From the NCBI GenBank assembly GCA_964412725.1, contig CAYPQA010000001.1:1-60910 (forward strand): 60,910 bases of DNA. Reading direction: 5' to 3'. The notes below the pieces were generated by a model, which worked only from the letters and a program-made list of their open reading frames with translations, did no database searches and had not been told where the DNA came from. The position numbers and the translations under genes were made by a program. The stretch is from an uncultured Eubacteriales bacterium (GTDB lineage: Bacteria > Bacillota > Clostridia > Lachnospirales > CAYPQA01). Shown one piece after another: positions 28,055 to 39,286 of the stretch. The stretch's first letter is position 1; each line of letters starts with the position of its first letter.

Positions 28055-30009
28055 TGGATATTAAAGCGCTAAAAGGTATTGGTGCGGCAAGGGCTAAGGT
28101 TCTTGCCGCAATGGGCGTGCATACAGTTCTCGATTTGCTTATGTACTATCCTAAACAATACGAGGATAGGAGCAGGGTAAGAAAGCTTTACGAGCTTGTT
28201 CCTGAAAGTCTCAATTGTATCATCCTAAAGGTTATGGAATATCCGAGAACGGAAAATGTGAACGGTAAAACGCTTACAAAGCTTACGTTATCGGATGAGA
28301 CGCATTCGCTTACGCTTTCTTGGTTTAACCAGCCTTATATAAAATATAATATAAAAATTGGTAAGGAATATTTTTTTTGCGGAAAGGTTAGAGAATTTCG
28401 AGGTTTTCTTAAAATGGATAATCCCGAGTTTTACGCGTTAGACAAGGGGGATATTATCTCCGCATTTCGTGTTGTTCCGTTTTATGAGCTTCATGGGCTT
28501 TCGCAAGCAAATTTCAGAAGTCTTGTACGTGTTGCATTGGACGAATTTTTGCCGCAGTTATTACCGTCTCTTAACGAATATCCCAACGACTTTCTCAAAA
28601 AAAATAATCTTGTATCCAAAGCCTTTGCACTCGAAAATATCCACTTTCCAAAGTCTGCAGAGGACTTTTTTTTAGCAAGACGGCGGTTAGTTTTTGACGA
28701 ATTTGCGAAGGAATTGACTGCAATTTCCGAGTATAAAAACCGTCGTAAGATTCAAAAGTCACATTTTATTATAGAAAAAGATGCAGAAGTAACTCCTACA
28801 TTCACGCCTACAGATGCACAGGTTCGCGTTATAAAAGAGATTTCTAATGACTTAAAAAGCGGTGTATGTATGAACAGGCTTGTTCAAGGAGATGTTGGCT
28901 CTGGAAAAACCTTTGTAGCTTTGTCAGCTGCAAAGCTTGTCATCCAAAACGGAGGTCAAGTCGCTTTGATGGCACCTACCGAGGTTTTGGCTAAACAACA
29001 TTATGAAACCTTTACAAAAATTTTAGATGAAAACTGCGTACTGCTCACAGGCAGTATAAAAGCTTCACGCCGCCGTTATGTCTATAACGATATTGAAAAC
29101 GGTAGCGCAAAAATGATTATAGGTACGCATGCGTTATTTCAGGAAAAGGTTACATACAGCAACTTAGCGTTAGTTATAACCGATGAACAGCATCGCTTTG
29201 GCGTTAATCAGCGTAAAAGCCTTGCTGAAAAAGGCTTTTATCCCCATGTACTTGTTATGTCCGCAACGCCAATACCGCGCACGCTTGCACTCATACTGTA
29301 TGCCGATATGGACATCTCCGTCCTTGACCAAATGCCGCCCGGTCGCATACCGATAAAAACCTATTCCGTGAACGGAGATTACAGAGATCGTATATACAAA
29401 TTTATCGATGATGAAGTTGAAAAAGGGCACAGAGCTTATGTGATTTGCCCTGCTATTGAAGAAAACAGCTTTGAATTAAATAACGTATTGGAATACACAG
29501 CTAAGCTTTCGTCCATACTAAAGGCAAGTGTGGGCATGCTCCATGGCCGTATGCCACAGGATGAGAAGGACGCGATACTCCAATGCTTTTATAAAGGCTC
29601 AATACAGGTTTTGGTTTCGACGACTGTAATTGAGGTTGGAATCGACGTTCGTCTTGCAACCGTTATGGTTATAGAAAATGCGGAGAGATTCGGACTTGCA
29701 CAACTTCACCAACTACGTGGACGTGTCGGACGCGGAACTGATGTTTCATATTGCATACTTATTTCGGATTCAAAGGCTAAGGTTACACGCGAAAGATTGT
29801 CCGCTCTCACAAAAACAACAGACGGTTTCTTACTTTCGGAGCTTGACCTTAAAATTAGAGGTCAGGGTGATTTCTTTGGAACAAAGCAATCCGGAATGCC
29901 GACGTTTAAACTTGCAGATTTTTATAAAGACAGAGATATACTTTTAGAGGTTCAAAACCTTTGTGACGAGCTGAAGCCGTCCGTGCTTATTGAGAATATA
30001 CAAATATGA
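28054..30009 (+). CDS. recG: ATP-dependent DNA helicase RecG
   Basis: 651 aa with a wedge/OB N-terminus and SF2 helicase motifs (GDVGSGKT, DEQHRFG, QLRGRVGRG). Confidence 0.95.
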   Translation: MDIKALKGIGAARAKVLAAMGVHTVLDLLMYYPKQYEDRSRVRKLYELVPESLNCIILKVMEYPRTENVNGKTLTKLTLSDETHSLTLSWFNQPYIKYNIKIGKEYFFCGKVREFRGFLKMDNPEFYALDKGDIISAFRVVPFYELHGLSQANFRSLVRVALDEFLPQLLPSLNEYPNDFLKKNNLVSKAFALENIHFPKSAEDFFLARRRLVFDEFAKELTAISEYKNRRKIQKSHFIIEKDAEVTPTFTPTDAQVRVIKEISNDLKSGVCMNRLVQGDVGSGKTFVALSAAKLVIQNGGQVALMAPTEVLAKQHYETFTKILDENCVLLTGSIKASRRRYVYNDIENGSAKMIIGTHALFQEKVTYSNLALVITDEQHRFGVNQRKSLAEKGFYPHVLVMSATPIPRTLALILYADMDISVLDQMPPGRIPIKTYSVNGDYRDRIYKFIDDEVEKGHRAYVICPAIEENSFELNNVLEYTAKLSSILKASVGMLHGRMPQDEKDAILQCFYKGSIQVLVSTTVIEVGIDVRLATVMVIENAERFGLAQLHQLRGRVGRGTDVSYCILISDSKAKVTRERLSALTKTTDGFLLSELDLKIRGQGDFFGTKQSGMPTFKLADFYKDRDILLEVQNLCDELKPSVLIENIQI

Positions 30010-30019
30010 GGTGCTAAAG

Positions 30020-30571
30020 ATGAGAGTTATTGCAGGAACGGTGAAAAGCTTCAGGCTGTATTCGCCGGAAGGCACGGACATACGTCCGACATCAGATAGG
30101 ATAAAAGAAACGATTTTTAATATAATTTCAGACGAGATACCACAAAGCTCAGTGCTTGACCTTTTTGCAGGCACAGGTTCTTTGGGCATTGAGTCCTTGA
30201 GTCGCGGTGCAAGAGAGGCTGTATTTTGTGACAGCTCAAGAAAAAGTATAGATATAATTAAAAAGAATATAGAGCATACGAAGTTTGGCGATGTGTCAAA
30301 AGTTATAACCGCAGACTTTCGTCAAAGTCTTTCAAACATGACAGGTAAGCGTTTTGATTTGATCTTCCTCGACCCTCCATATGGCAAGAATCTTGTACAG
30401 GAAAGCCTTGGTCTTATAAAGAGATACAACTTGCTTAATGAGGACGGACTTATTATTGCAGAAATGGGTTCAAAGGAAGAACTTTCACATGACGGCTTTT
30501 ATATATATAAGTTCAGAGATTATTCGCATACAAAGGTGTTGTTTTTGAAAAGCGGTGAAATGGATGCTTAA
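30020..30571 (+). CDS. rsmD: 16S rRNA (guanine966-N2)-methyltransferase
   Basis: MRVIAGTVKSFRL..., LDLFAGTGSLGIE, and DPPY motifs. Confidence 0.9.
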   Translation: MRVIAGTVKSFRLYSPEGTDIRPTSDRIKETIFNIISDEIPQSSVLDLFAGTGSLGIESLSRGAREAVFCDSSRKSIDIIKKNIEHTKFGDVSKVITADFRQSLSNMTGKRFDLIFLDPPYGKNLVQESLGLIKRYNLLNEDGLIIAEMGSKEELSHDGFYIYKFRDYSHTKVLFLKSGEMDA

Positions 30572-31049
30572 AGCCCTTATTCCGGGTAGCTTTGACCCTC
30601 CAACTCTCGGACACATTGATATGATTGAGCGAACTGCTAGTTTTGCTGACGTAATTGTTGCAATATCCATAAACATATTTAAAGCCCCACTCTTTAGCGA
30701 TAAGGAAAGAATGGAGCTTTTGAAAGATATATGTCCAAGCAATGTGACAATAGTCACATTTAACGGCTTATTAAGCGACCTTGCATCAAGCGTAGGCGCG
30801 GACTTAATCGTGAAAGGCGTTAGAAATACGGCGGACTATGAGTACGAATACCAAATGGCTGTATTAAATAAGACATTGTGTGGGTGTGAAACACTTTTTA
30901 TGCCCACACAACCCGAATATGCACATCTAAGTTCTACAATGGCAAGGGATGTGGCGCGACACGGAGGTGATTTGACCTCCATCCTCCACCCCAAAACAAT
31001 AGAAAAAATCAAATTAAAGAACGGAGGCAAAGATGGATTCCTTACTTAA
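30564..31049 (+). CDS. coaD: Pantetheine-phosphate adenylyltransferase
   Basis: MLKALIPGSFDPPTLGH (T/HxGH motif). An alternative GTG start lies at 30555. Confidence 0.9.
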   Translation: MLKALIPGSFDPPTLGHIDMIERTASFADVIVAISINIFKAPLFSDKERMELLKDICPSNVTIVTFNGLLSDLASSVGADLIVKGVRNTADYEYEYQMAVLNKTLCGCETLFMPTQPEYAHLSSTMARDVARHGGDLTSILHPKTIEKIKLKNGGKDGFLT

Positions 31050-31539
31050 TTACTTAGATATAATAGAGGATATACTTGATTCAAGCAAGCAAATACCCTT
31101 TTCAAACAAAATCTCTGTGGACAGGGAGCGGATTTTTGACATTTTAAGTGAAATGCGCCTTAACCTGCCCAATGAAATGCGTCAAGCTCAAAGAATCATC
31201 GAAGACCATGACCGGATAATAAGCGAAGCAAAACAAAGAGCAGCACTTCTCATAAACGAGGCCGAGCTTAAGGTTAAAGACTTGACCGCAAACCATGAGA
31301 TATATAAGAAAGCCACAGAGGAAGCAAACGAAATAATGAGTGAGGCGCGTACGAGTGCGCGTGAGTTGCGCACAAATGCCATAGACTATGCCGACGAGGT
31401 TATCGCACGCGTTGAGTCAGCTGTGAGTGAATCCGGCGAGTTATTGATTAAACAGCAAAAGACCGTGAATGAATACCTCACAAAAACCCTCCAAGTTTTG
31501 CACCAAAACCGTCAGGAACTGCGCGGTAACCGAAACTAA
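31033..31539 (+). CDS. Hypothetical coiled-coil protein (ATPase subunit H/b-like low-complexity helices)
   Basis: 168 aa, strongly helical and charged, with a GGAGG SD. I recognised no enzymatic motif. Confidence 0.6.
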   Translation: MDSLLNYLDIIEDILDSSKQIPFSNKISVDRERIFDILSEMRLNLPNEMRQAQRIIEDHDRIISEAKQRAALLINEAELKVKDLTANHEIYKKATEEANEIMSEARTSARELRTNAIDYADEVIARVESAVSESGELLIKQQKTVNEYLTKTLQVLHQNRQELRGNRN

Positions 31540-31691
31540 GCTTTAACATCGAACGTGGAGTCAGGATAGGCTATTTCTGCAACAGCCGGCTTTTTCTTGT
31601 TTTCTTCACGAGCCTTTTTGAAACGCTTAAATTGTTGACCGCCATGCTTTGTGGGGTCATTCATATAGTTTGACAGGGACGGAATATCCAT
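31536..31691 (-). CDS. Candidate small basic protein (51 aa), unannotated in the ORF track
   Basis: ATG preceded by AAGGAGGG at optimal spacing. Translation: [51 protein letters not shown]. It lies in an otherwise unexplained 240-nt gap. Confidence 0.45.
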   Translation of the reverse strand: MDIPSLSNYMNDPTKHGGQQFKRFKKAREENKKKPAVAEIAYPDSTFDVKA

Positions 31692-31782
31692 AGCCAAGCC
31701 CTCCTTCTGTTCCTTTTGTAATATATTGCCCCTTGCTAAGAAATTTTATACGATTAATATACGATATATTGAGGAGGATTTT

Positions 31783-32988
31783 GTGAGAGACATACTTTGT
31801 ATTGAAAAATGCAAGCGTATAGCGATAATGGGCGGAACCTTCGACCCTATACATTATGGACACTTGGTCACAGCCGAGGCTGTCAGAAAGGAATTTAACG
31901 CAGAGGTTGTTATTTTTATCCCAACCGGTCACCCGCCGCATAAAGATGAAAACAACGTTACACATTCCGAACACAGATACCTTATGACCTTCCTTGCAAC
32001 AGTTGACAATCCTTATTTTGAAGTTTCACGTATTGAAATAGACAGAGATGGTCTAACCTATACAATAGACACGATCAAAAAGATTAAGTCACTTAACAAC
32101 GACGTAAAAATTTATTTTATTACAGGCGCCGACGCTGTTTCATCTATCTTGACTTGGAAGGATGCAGAGGTGCTTTTAACACTGTGCAGTTTTGTTGCAG
32201 TTACAAGGCCCGGTTACAAGAAAGAGACATTGGAAAAAAAGGTTTCCGATATTAAGAAAAAATATAAAAGCAAGCTTCACTTTTTTGAAGTTCCTGCCCT
32301 CTCCATTTCTTCATCCGACATAAGAAATCGTGTCCAAAACGGACTTCCCATCAAATACCTTTTGCCGGAGGCAGTTGAACGTTATATATACAAATCCGAT
32401 TTATACACCCACTCCGAAATTAGTAGCTTTTCAGCAATTAATGAATATGTTTCCCAAATTTTATCCCCAAAACGTTATACACATACGCTTGGCGTTGTTA
32501 AAGAGGCCGAAAGGCTTTGCGATAAATACGGAGGTGATGTAGCCAAAGCGCGCATTGCGGCTATTTTACACGACATTGCTAAAGAAATCCCGTCCGAGGA
32601 AAAGCGCACATTATGTTCAAAATATCACGTTAAGCTTGATTCTGTGATGAAGGCACAAATAGACCTTGCTCATGGTCCGCTTGCCGCAAAAATGGCGGCT
32701 GAGAAATTTGGGATAGCCGACAAGGACATACTTAACGCGATATCCTATCACACAACCGGACGAAAGAACATGTCGCTTTTGGAGAAAATCATCTACACCG
32801 CAGATGCAACCGATTTTTCCAGGGACTATTACGAAGGCCTGAATGAGATTAGGGATGCGGTTGAACGCGACTTGGACGAGGCAGTTGTTGCTTCACTCAA
32901 GATAACAATTGCCTACAACCAAAACAAAAAAAGGGAGGTGCATCCTGACAGCTTGGAAGCATTGGAATGGCTAACTAAAAATAGATAA
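31783..32988 (+). CDS. nadD: Fused nicotinate-nucleotide adenylyltransferase (NadD) and HD-domain YqeK hydrolase
   Basis: GTG at 31783 follows GAGGAGG. The N-half has [11 protein letters not shown]. The C-half has YqeK HD motifs ([20 protein letters not shown]). The frame is continuous between the two halves. Confidence 0.8.
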   Translation: MRDILCIEKCKRIAIMGGTFDPIHYGHLVTAEAVRKEFNAEVVIFIPTGHPPHKDENNVTHSEHRYLMTFLATVDNPYFEVSRIEIDRDGLTYTIDTIKKIKSLNNDVKIYFITGADAVSSILTWKDAEVLLTLCSFVAVTRPGYKKETLEKKVSDIKKKYKSKLHFFEVPALSISSSDIRNRVQNGLPIKYLLPEAVERYIYKSDLYTHSEISSFSAINEYVSQILSPKRYTHTLGVVKEAERLCDKYGGDVAKARIAAILHDIAKEIPSEEKRTLCSKYHVKLDSVMKAQIDLAHGPLAAKMAAEKFGIADKDILNAISYHTTGRKNMSLLEKIIYTADATDFSRDYYEGLNEIRDAVERDLDEAVVASLKITIAYNQNKKREVHPDSLEALEWLTKNR

Positions 32989-33001
32989 TCAAGGGGGAGC
33001 T

Positions 33002-35512
33002 ATGAAAAAGTCCATCAGAACACGATTCACTGTAACGGTTTTTATTGTGGTTTTTATTGCAATGGCTATACTGACTGTATTCAGTTATACCTACTCTAAG
33101 AATTTAATCGAAAAAGAAGTTATCCAAAAAGAAATCGAACTTGCAAACCTTAGTGCTTCTAAAATAGACGACTGGTTTCAACAATTTAAACAAGTTGTCG
33201 AGAACATAGGACGAAACATAAATATTTTAGGAACCAAGCAATACGGATTTAGGCTTTGTGAACAAAATCTAAAATACTACCCCAATATGGTTGATATTTA
33301 TTTGGGTTTTTCAGATGATTCTTACTTTTTTGGTTCGGGTTACATACCCAATGATCCTACTTGGCGACCAACCATACGTCCATGGTACATCTCCGCAATG
33401 AATGCAAATAGTAAAGCTATTGTTACAGAGCCCTATATTGATACTCAAACCGGTCTTTTGGTTATAACTGCAACTCAATACTTAGGTAAACTTGCAGCCA
33501 CCGACTCTGTAATTGCAGCAGATGTGTTTATTGACGATGTCCTAAATATGATTCAAAGCGTTGACACCAAGTACGAGGGAAGCTATGCTTTCTTGATTGA
33601 TAGCAAAGGAGATATCTTATCACATAAAAATCCGGATTTTTTACCGTCCGGTGATACACTAAAAAACATATCTACCGTCCCTATCTACAACGGTATTACC
33701 AGCCTAGAGGACGGGGAATACGTTATAATAAAAGATTATGACGGCGTTGTGCGCTATTTCTTTGCGGCCACTGTTGCGGCTGTCAATTGGAAGGTTTATG
33801 TTGCTATAACCCAATCGTCTATTTTTTCAAGCATAGACAAACTCCCGCACGCTATGACTCTTATCTTAATTATTGTTGCTTGTGTTTCTGCATTTTTGAT
33901 TTGGTTTATAGTCGGAAAAGGTTTAGTTAAGCCTCTTAAAAAGCTTATCAGCGCATCACAAGCTCTCGCAAACGGAAAGCTCGTTTTAGAGCCGGACGAC
34001 ACTATACTACCTGACGATGAAATAGGCGTGCTTACAGAAAACTTTCAGAGTGTAGTAAGGACACTTGACAATGTGCTTAATGATTTGAGCGAAATGTCAA
34101 GGAAACAAGCTGAAGGTGAGTACGACTTTAAGCTTAACCAAGACCAATTCTCAGGAGCGTACCAAGAGGTTGTCGTTGGTATAAACAACATGTCCGAAAT
34201 GTATACGGAGAACTTTTTTGAGCTTCTAAAGCTTTTAGAAAATTTCAATAAAGGTAACTTTGATGCGTTACTTAAACGTTACAACGGCAAGTTATCTGTA
34301 GGCAACGATATTGTTGACACATTGCGTTTTGGATTAAAGAGCGTTTCAAAGGAGATTGAAAATCTGGCTATATCCGCGTCTCAAGGCAAGCTGTCCGAAC
34401 GAGCCAAGGTCGAAGGCTTTGAAGGAGACTGGAAGTATATTATGGTTTCGCTTAACAAGATGATGCAGGCAGTTTCGGAACCTATATTCGAGATTTCACG
34501 CGTTCTTCAAAAGATGTCCGAGGGTAATTTAAGTGTAAAGATGACCGGTGAATACAACGGTGATTTCAACAGCATAAAACAGTCTATGAACTTTACTACA
34601 AACGAAATTGCAAGCTATATCGCCGAAATTTCTGACGTGCTTTCTAAGGTTTCTGAAAATGACATAAGCGTTAAGATTACACGCGAATACCTAGGCGACT
34701 TCCTACGTATCAAACAAGCTATCAACTCCATTATGGACAGCTTTAACAAGCTCTTATTAAAGCTTGGCGACGTGGTTAAAAACGTCAAGATGTACTCAAC
34801 AGAGCTTGAACAGACAGGCAATACCTTAGCCGAGGAAACAAACTCCCAATCCGTTTCGATTGATGAATTTGTCCAAAAGCTTAATGAAATTAAAAATCAG
34901 ACATCACATACAACCGACATGTCCAACAAAGCAAGCCGTCTTTCTGATATGTCCAAAGAGAATGCAGCAAAAGGCAGCGAGGAAATGCAGCGTATGCTCA
35001 CTTCGATGGATGGCATAAAGAACGTTTCTGCGGATATTGCCAAGATTATGAAGGTTATTGACGACATAGCCTTCCAGACAAATCTTCTTGCGCTTAACGC
35101 CGCGGTTGAAGCCGCACGTGCAGGCGAGCATGGTATCGGTTTCGCTGTTGTTGCAGACGAGGTTAGGAGCCTTGCCACAAGAAGCGGTAACGCTGCGAAG
35201 GAAACCTCCCAGCTTATAGATGAAACAATCATTCGTGTTAACGAGGGCACAGAAAATGCTATAGCCACATCCGAAGCCCTCGGTGTTATCGTTAACAACA
35301 TTGAGGACGTTTCTAAAATCATTGATGATATTGCAGAAAGCCAAGGCAGTCAATCCAAGGCTGTTGCAGCCATATCTCAAAAGATTGGCTCTATATCACA
35401 TTCCGTTACCGAAGCTGCTGCAATTTCCAGCAAAAACTCCAATGTCGCTAACATGCTTTCTGTTCAATCTAAAGAACTTGGGGAAATTCTTGAGGAATAC
35501 GAACGTTCATAA
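33002..35512 (+). CDS. Methyl-accepting chemotaxis protein (Cache sensor, multiple HAMP repeats)
   Basis: 836 aa with TM1, a periplasmic Cache-like domain and TM2. It has repeated HAMP-like units and the MCP signalling hairpin ([37 protein letters not shown]). Confidence 0.9.
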   Translation: MKKSIRTRFTVTVFIVVFIAMAILTVFSYTYSKNLIEKEVIQKEIELANLSASKIDDWFQQFKQVVENIGRNINILGTKQYGFRLCEQNLKYYPNMVDIYLGFSDDSYFFGSGYIPNDPTWRPTIRPWYISAMNANSKAIVTEPYIDTQTGLLVITATQYLGKLAATDSVIAADVFIDDVLNMIQSVDTKYEGSYAFLIDSKGDILSHKNPDFLPSGDTLKNISTVPIYNGITSLEDGEYVIIKDYDGVVRYFFAATVAAVNWKVYVAITQSSIFSSIDKLPHAMTLILIIVACVSAFLIWFIVGKGLVKPLKKLISASQALANGKLVLEPDDTILPDDEIGVLTENFQSVVRTLDNVLNDLSEMSRKQAEGEYDFKLNQDQFSGAYQEVVVGINNMSEMYTENFFELLKLLENFNKGNFDALLKRYNGKLSVGNDIVDTLRFGLKSVSKEIENLAISASQGKLSERAKVEGFEGDWKYIMVSLNKMMQAVSEPIFEISRVLQKMSEGNLSVKMTGEYNGDFNSIKQSMNFTTNEIASYIAEISDVLSKVSENDISVKITREYLGDFLRIKQAINSIMDSFNKLLLKLGDVVKNVKMYSTELEQTGNTLAEETNSQSVSIDEFVQKLNEIKNQTSHTTDMSNKASRLSDMSKENAAKGSEEMQRMLTSMDGIKNVSADIAKIMKVIDDIAFQTNLLALNAAVEAARAGEHGIGFAVVADEVRSLATRSGNAAKETSQLIDETIIRVNEGTENAIATSEALGVIVNNIEDVSKIIDDIAESQGSQSKAVAAISQKIGSISHSVTEAAAISSKNSNVANMLSVQSKELGEILEEYERS

Positions 35513-35537
35513 GAAGTTAAAAATTAGACCATACGAT

Positions 35538-35592
35538 AAAAAAGAAGTGGCTGTTCAAACTCAAACCAAGTTTGAACATCCACTTCTTTTTG
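35538..35592. terminator. Bidirectional intrinsic terminator between the convergent MCP and phoR genes
   Basis: AAAAAAGAAGTGG...CCACTTCTTTTT with an inner stem GTTCAAAC/GTTTGAAC. A-run and T-run flanks serve both strands. Confidence 0.7.
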
Positions 35593-35615
35593 ATTTTAAA
35601 TGCTATTTTACTGTT

Positions 35616-37196
35616 CTAAATCACACCCAAAAAGCACTTAACCGTTGTGCCTTTGCCGGGTGTACTCTCTATTTGAACATAACCGTTATGATATTCGGCA
35701 ATATGTTTTACAATTGAAAGCCCCAGACCTGTGCCGCCGGTGCGCTTTGAACGGGACTTATCTACACGATAGAAACGTTCAAATATCCGATTTTGGTGTT
35801 CGGGTTCTATGCCAATGCCAGTGTCGGTTACAGCAATCAGGATGTATTGACCGCTGCGAGAAATGTCCACTTCCAAGCGACCTTCTTCCTTGTTGTACTT
35901 GATGCCGTTGTCGATCAGATTGAATAACAGTTCATCGACCATACGTTTGTTTGCCTTAATTTCTATGCTGCTTGGAGGAGGTGAAAGGGAAACGCGCTTG
36001 TCTAATGCGGCTTGAGTAAGGCTGTCCATGCACACACGTGCAAGTTCACAGACATCAAAGATTTCGTAATTGCCACTGTCACCCGCACGCCCCTCGTCAA
36101 ATTCAGACAGCTTTATTATATCATCAATAAGCATCAAAAGCCGTGCGGCCTGTGCATTTATCTTTCCTACAAAGTCCTTTATGTCCTCTGGCTTTGCCAT
36201 GTCGTTTAATATCATTTCGGACAGTCCAGATATTGTTGTAAGCGGGGTCTTTAGTTCGTGCGACACGTTTGCGGAAAATTCCATACGCTGTCTTTCGGCA
36301 AGAACCCTGTCCGATATGTCCAAAAACATTATTATCGCACCGTTAAGCATTTCATGTTGTGTAACAGGGCTTATATAAACCATGTATGTCCTCTGCCTGT
36401 GTGCAAAGGTCATTTCAGAGCGCTCACCTTCAAGCGCTTTTTTTGCGTTTTCAAGAAATTGAAGGTTGCGGCTTACATGTAAAATACTCTTACCAGACAT
36501 GTTATTGTCCTCGAATATTTCCTCAACACTCTTATTTGACGAAAGGATTATTCCGTCGTTGTCAACGATAATCAAGCCTTCTTTCATATTCTCGGTTATC
36601 GCAGTTATTGTATCCGCTCTGTCCTTTAAGGCTGAAAGCTGGGAGCGTATCTCAGATTTTTGGGCTTCAATTTTCGCGACGAAAGGCGCAAGTTCATCAT
36701 AGGGTAAGGTGGTTATATTGTCCAAGTCAAGCGTATTAATGGGCGTTACAATGCCCTTCGTAAGCCTGTTTGCAAGCATAAGCGAAAGCCAAAGCACAAT
36801 GATTATGCAAATAACAACCAACGGCGCAATACTGTAAAACCATGTGTAAGTGCTTTTTGTTGTGAGAGAAAGGCGCAATATCGTATTATCAGGCATGCGT
36901 AACGCATAGTAATAGGTTTTTTCACCAAGCGTATCGGAATACCGTTCACTTTCGCCAAAACCATTTTCTTGCGCTTCTTTAACCTCCGGACGATTAGCAT
37001 GGTTATCAAGTTCTTTCTTAACCGTATCATACTTGACTTCACCGTCGTCGCTTATAATCGTAACACGCAGCGATTTGAGGCTGTCCTTAATCTCCTTTGT
37101 AAGACGCATACCAATAAGCAACGACACAACGGCCGTAAGCATTAGAACAGTTACCATAACGACAAGACTGATATTTAGAAAAATACGTTTCCTCAT
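35616..37196 (-). CDS. phoR: Phosphate-regulon sensor histidine kinase PhoR
   Basis: Two TM segments, PAS, and H-box SANVSHELKTPL. HATPase motifs DTGIGI and GGTGLGLSIV. Last gene of the pst-phoU-phoP operon. Confidence 0.85.
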   Translation of the reverse strand: MRKRIFLNISLVVMVTVLMLTAVVSLLIGMRLTKEIKDSLKSLRVTIISDDGEVKYDTVKKELDNHANRPEVKEAQENGFGESERYSDTLGEKTYYYALRMPDNTILRLSLTTKSTYTWFYSIAPLVVICIIIVLWLSLMLANRLTKGIVTPINTLDLDNITTLPYDELAPFVAKIEAQKSEIRSQLSALKDRADTITAITENMKEGLIIVDNDGIILSSNKSVEEIFEDNNMSGKSILHVSRNLQFLENAKKALEGERSEMTFAHRQRTYMVYISPVTQHEMLNGAIIMFLDISDRVLAERQRMEFSANVSHELKTPLTTISGLSEMILNDMAKPEDIKDFVGKINAQAARLLMLIDDIIKLSEFDEGRAGDSGNYEIFDVCELARVCMDSLTQAALDKRVSLSPPPSSIEIKANKRMVDELLFNLIDNGIKYNKEEGRLEVDISRSGQYILIAVTDTGIGIEPEHQNRIFERFYRVDKSRSKRTGGTGLGLSIVKHIAEYHNGYVQIESTPGKGTTVKCFLGVI

Positions 37197-37874
37197 CTAA
37201 TTCCTCTCTCCCAAAGAGTAACCCACGCCACGTACCGTGCGAATAAATTCGCCGGCTGTGCCCAGCTTTTGTCTTAATGTTTTTATATGCATGTCAACTG
37301 TTCTGGTTTCACCCTCAAAGTCATAGCCCCAAATATTTTCAATAATTTTTTCACGCGAAAGCACAAGCTCCGCATTGTTAAGTAAGTAGAATAACAAGTC
37401 GTATTCCTTTAATGTAAGTGTAACCGGATTTTCGTTTACAAATACTATATGTTTTTCATCATCTATAGAAATTGTGCGATAAGTAAGTGTATTGCCCTTG
37501 ATGCGTGCTGAACGCCTTAGCACTGCGTTTATGCGCGAAATAAGCTCAATAACCGAAAAGGGCTTTGTCACATAATCATCCGCTCCGAGGTCAAGGCCCT
37601 TAACCTTATCCATCTCACCGCCCTTTGCCGTAAGCATAACAACGGGCAAATTCTCCCATTTACGCACCTGCTTCAAGCGTTTAAGTATAGATAGCCCGTC
37701 CTCACCAGGCAACATAATATCAATCAAAACCAAGTCGGGCATCTTCTCTTGAAGCTTTTCAAAAAAGTCATACCCATTTTCAAACGAAAAAGACAAAAAG
37801 CCACGCCCATTAAGAGCGTAGCTCACCAGTTCCCTTATGTTCTCGTCATCCTCAACAATGTACACAGTTTGCAC
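37197..37874 (-). CDS. phoP: Phosphate-regulon response regulator (PhoP/PhoB, OmpR family)
   Basis: Receiver plus winged helix (VDMHIKTLRQKL). It abuts phoR with no gap. Confidence 0.85.
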   Translation of the reverse strand: MQTVYIVEDDENIRELVSYALNGRGFLSFSFENGYDFFEKLQEKMPDLVLIDIMLPGEDGLSILKRLKQVRKWENLPVVMLTAKGGEMDKVKGLDLGADDYVTKPFSVIELISRINAVLRRSARIKGNTLTYRTISIDDEKHIVFVNENPVTLTLKEYDLLFYLLNNAELVLSREKIIENIWGYDFEGETRTVDMHIKTLRQKLGTAGEFIRTVRGVGYSLGERN

Positions 37875-38540
37875 TTACAACACCTCTTTGTTGTGCTTGC
37901 CTGTCATTGAAAACACAACCCACTCTGCAATATTAACGGCATGGTCACCGATACGCTCAAAATACTTCGCTATCATAATAAAGTCGATAGCCTGTTCGCC
38001 CACATCGTCTTTGTTCGAGCTTTGCTTGATTAACTCAATCAAGTCCGTCTTAATCTGGTCGAACAAATCATCAACCACATCATCATAATCTATAACGGAT
38101 TGCGCAAGCTCTAAATCCTTCTTAACAAACGCATCCACACTGTCTGTAACCATTTTTATTGTGGCTGTAGCCATCTGAGGGATATGCACAAGTTCCTTGA
38201 TGTAAGTCTTTTCCGTAAGGTAACGCGTTATCTCCGCGATATCTGCTGCCTGATCCCCTATTCGCTCCATATCCGTTATCATCTTCAATGCCGCAGAAAT
38301 AAGGCGCAAATCCTTTGCCACAGGTTGCTGTTGCAGTAAAAGCTTAAGGCAAAGGGTTTCAATGTCATTCTCCTTTTGGTCGACCTCACTGTCAAAGGCT
38401 ATTGCCTTTTCTACAAGCGACAAATCCTGTTTCGTGAGCGCATCAACCGCTGTCTGTATGGCTGTTTCGATAAGCGCACCCATTTCAATAAGCATGTTGT
38501 TAAGCTTTATAAGCTGTTCATCAAATTTACTTCTCATCAA
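37875..38540 (-). CDS. phoU: Phosphate signalling complex protein PhoU
   Basis: 221 aa with duplicated PhoU repeats ([12 protein letters not shown] / [12 protein letters not shown]). Confidence 0.9.
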   Translation of the reverse strand: MMRSKFDEQLIKLNNMLIEMGALIETAIQTAVDALTKQDLSLVEKAIAFDSEVDQKENDIETLCLKLLLQQQPVAKDLRLISAALKMITDMERIGDQAADIAEITRYLTEKTYIKELVHIPQMATATIKMVTDSVDAFVKKDLELAQSVIDYDDVVDDLFDQIKTDLIELIKQSSNKDDVGEQAIDFIMIAKYFERIGDHAVNIAEWVVFSMTGKHNKEVL

Positions 38541-39286
38541 CCAAACCTCCCTGTTATATAATCCTCTGTCCTCTTGTCCTTAGGCATGGAAAAAATATCG
38601 TCTGTATTGCCGTATTCTATGACCTCTCCAAGCAGGAAGAAAGCCGTCCTGTCTGAAATACGCGTTGCTTGCTGCATATTGTGTGTTACTATTATAACCG
38701 TATATTGTTTTTTAAGCTCTAAAACCAATTCCTCAATCTTGCTTGTTGAGATAGGGTCAAGCGCGCTTGTTGGTTCATCCATAAGCAATACCTCTGGCGC
38801 TACGGCTAAAGCCCTCGCAATGCACAAGCGTTGTTGTTGTCCGCCCGACATACCAAGTGCAGACTTTGTAAGCCTATCTTTTGCTTCATCCCAAATTGCG
38901 GCACCACGCAGCGCGTTTTCCACGATTTCGTCGAGCTTATGCTTTGCTTTTATGCCATGTGTACGAGGGCCATAAGCTATATTGTCATAAATACTCATCG
39001 GAAACGGATTGGGCTTTTGAAACACCATGCCTACGCGCTTCCTAAGTTTATTAACATCCCTCATGGTATAGACATTCTCATTATCAATAAGAATTTCGCC
39101 CTCAATGCGACACCCCTCAATTAAATCATTCATACGGTTTATAGATTTAAGCAGAGTTGATTTTCCACAACCCGAAGGGCCAATGAAAGCCGTTATAAGA
39201 TTGTTGTCTATACTCATGCTTATGTTTTTTAAGGCTTTAAAATCATTGTACCATAAATTCAGGTTATTGACCAAAACTTTAGCCAT
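38537..39286 (-). CDS. pstB: Phosphate ABC transporter ATP-binding protein PstB
   Basis: Walker [10 protein letters not shown], signature SGGQQQRL, and Walker [12 protein letters not shown]. The ATG at 39286 follows GGGGGA. Confidence 0.92.
   Translation of the reverse strand: MAKVLVNNLNLWYNDFKALKNISMSIDNNLITAFIGPSGCGKSTLLKSINRMNDLIEGCRIEGEILIDNENVYTMRDVNKLRKRVGMVFQKPNPFPMSIYDNIAYGPRTHGIKAKHKLDEIVENALRGAAIWDEAKDRLTKSALGMSGGQQQRLCIARALAVAPEVLLMDEPTSALDPISTSKIEELVLELKKQYTVIIVTHNMQQATRISDRTAFFLLGEVIEYGNTDDIFSMPKDKRTEDYITGRFG

Noticed and set aside
31657-31974. 105-aa minus-strand ORF overlapping the nadD start region.
   Set aside because: It is antisense to the well-supported nadD-yqeK frame, has no SD and gives a non-descript translation. 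The 51-aa ORF with a strong SD explains the gap better.
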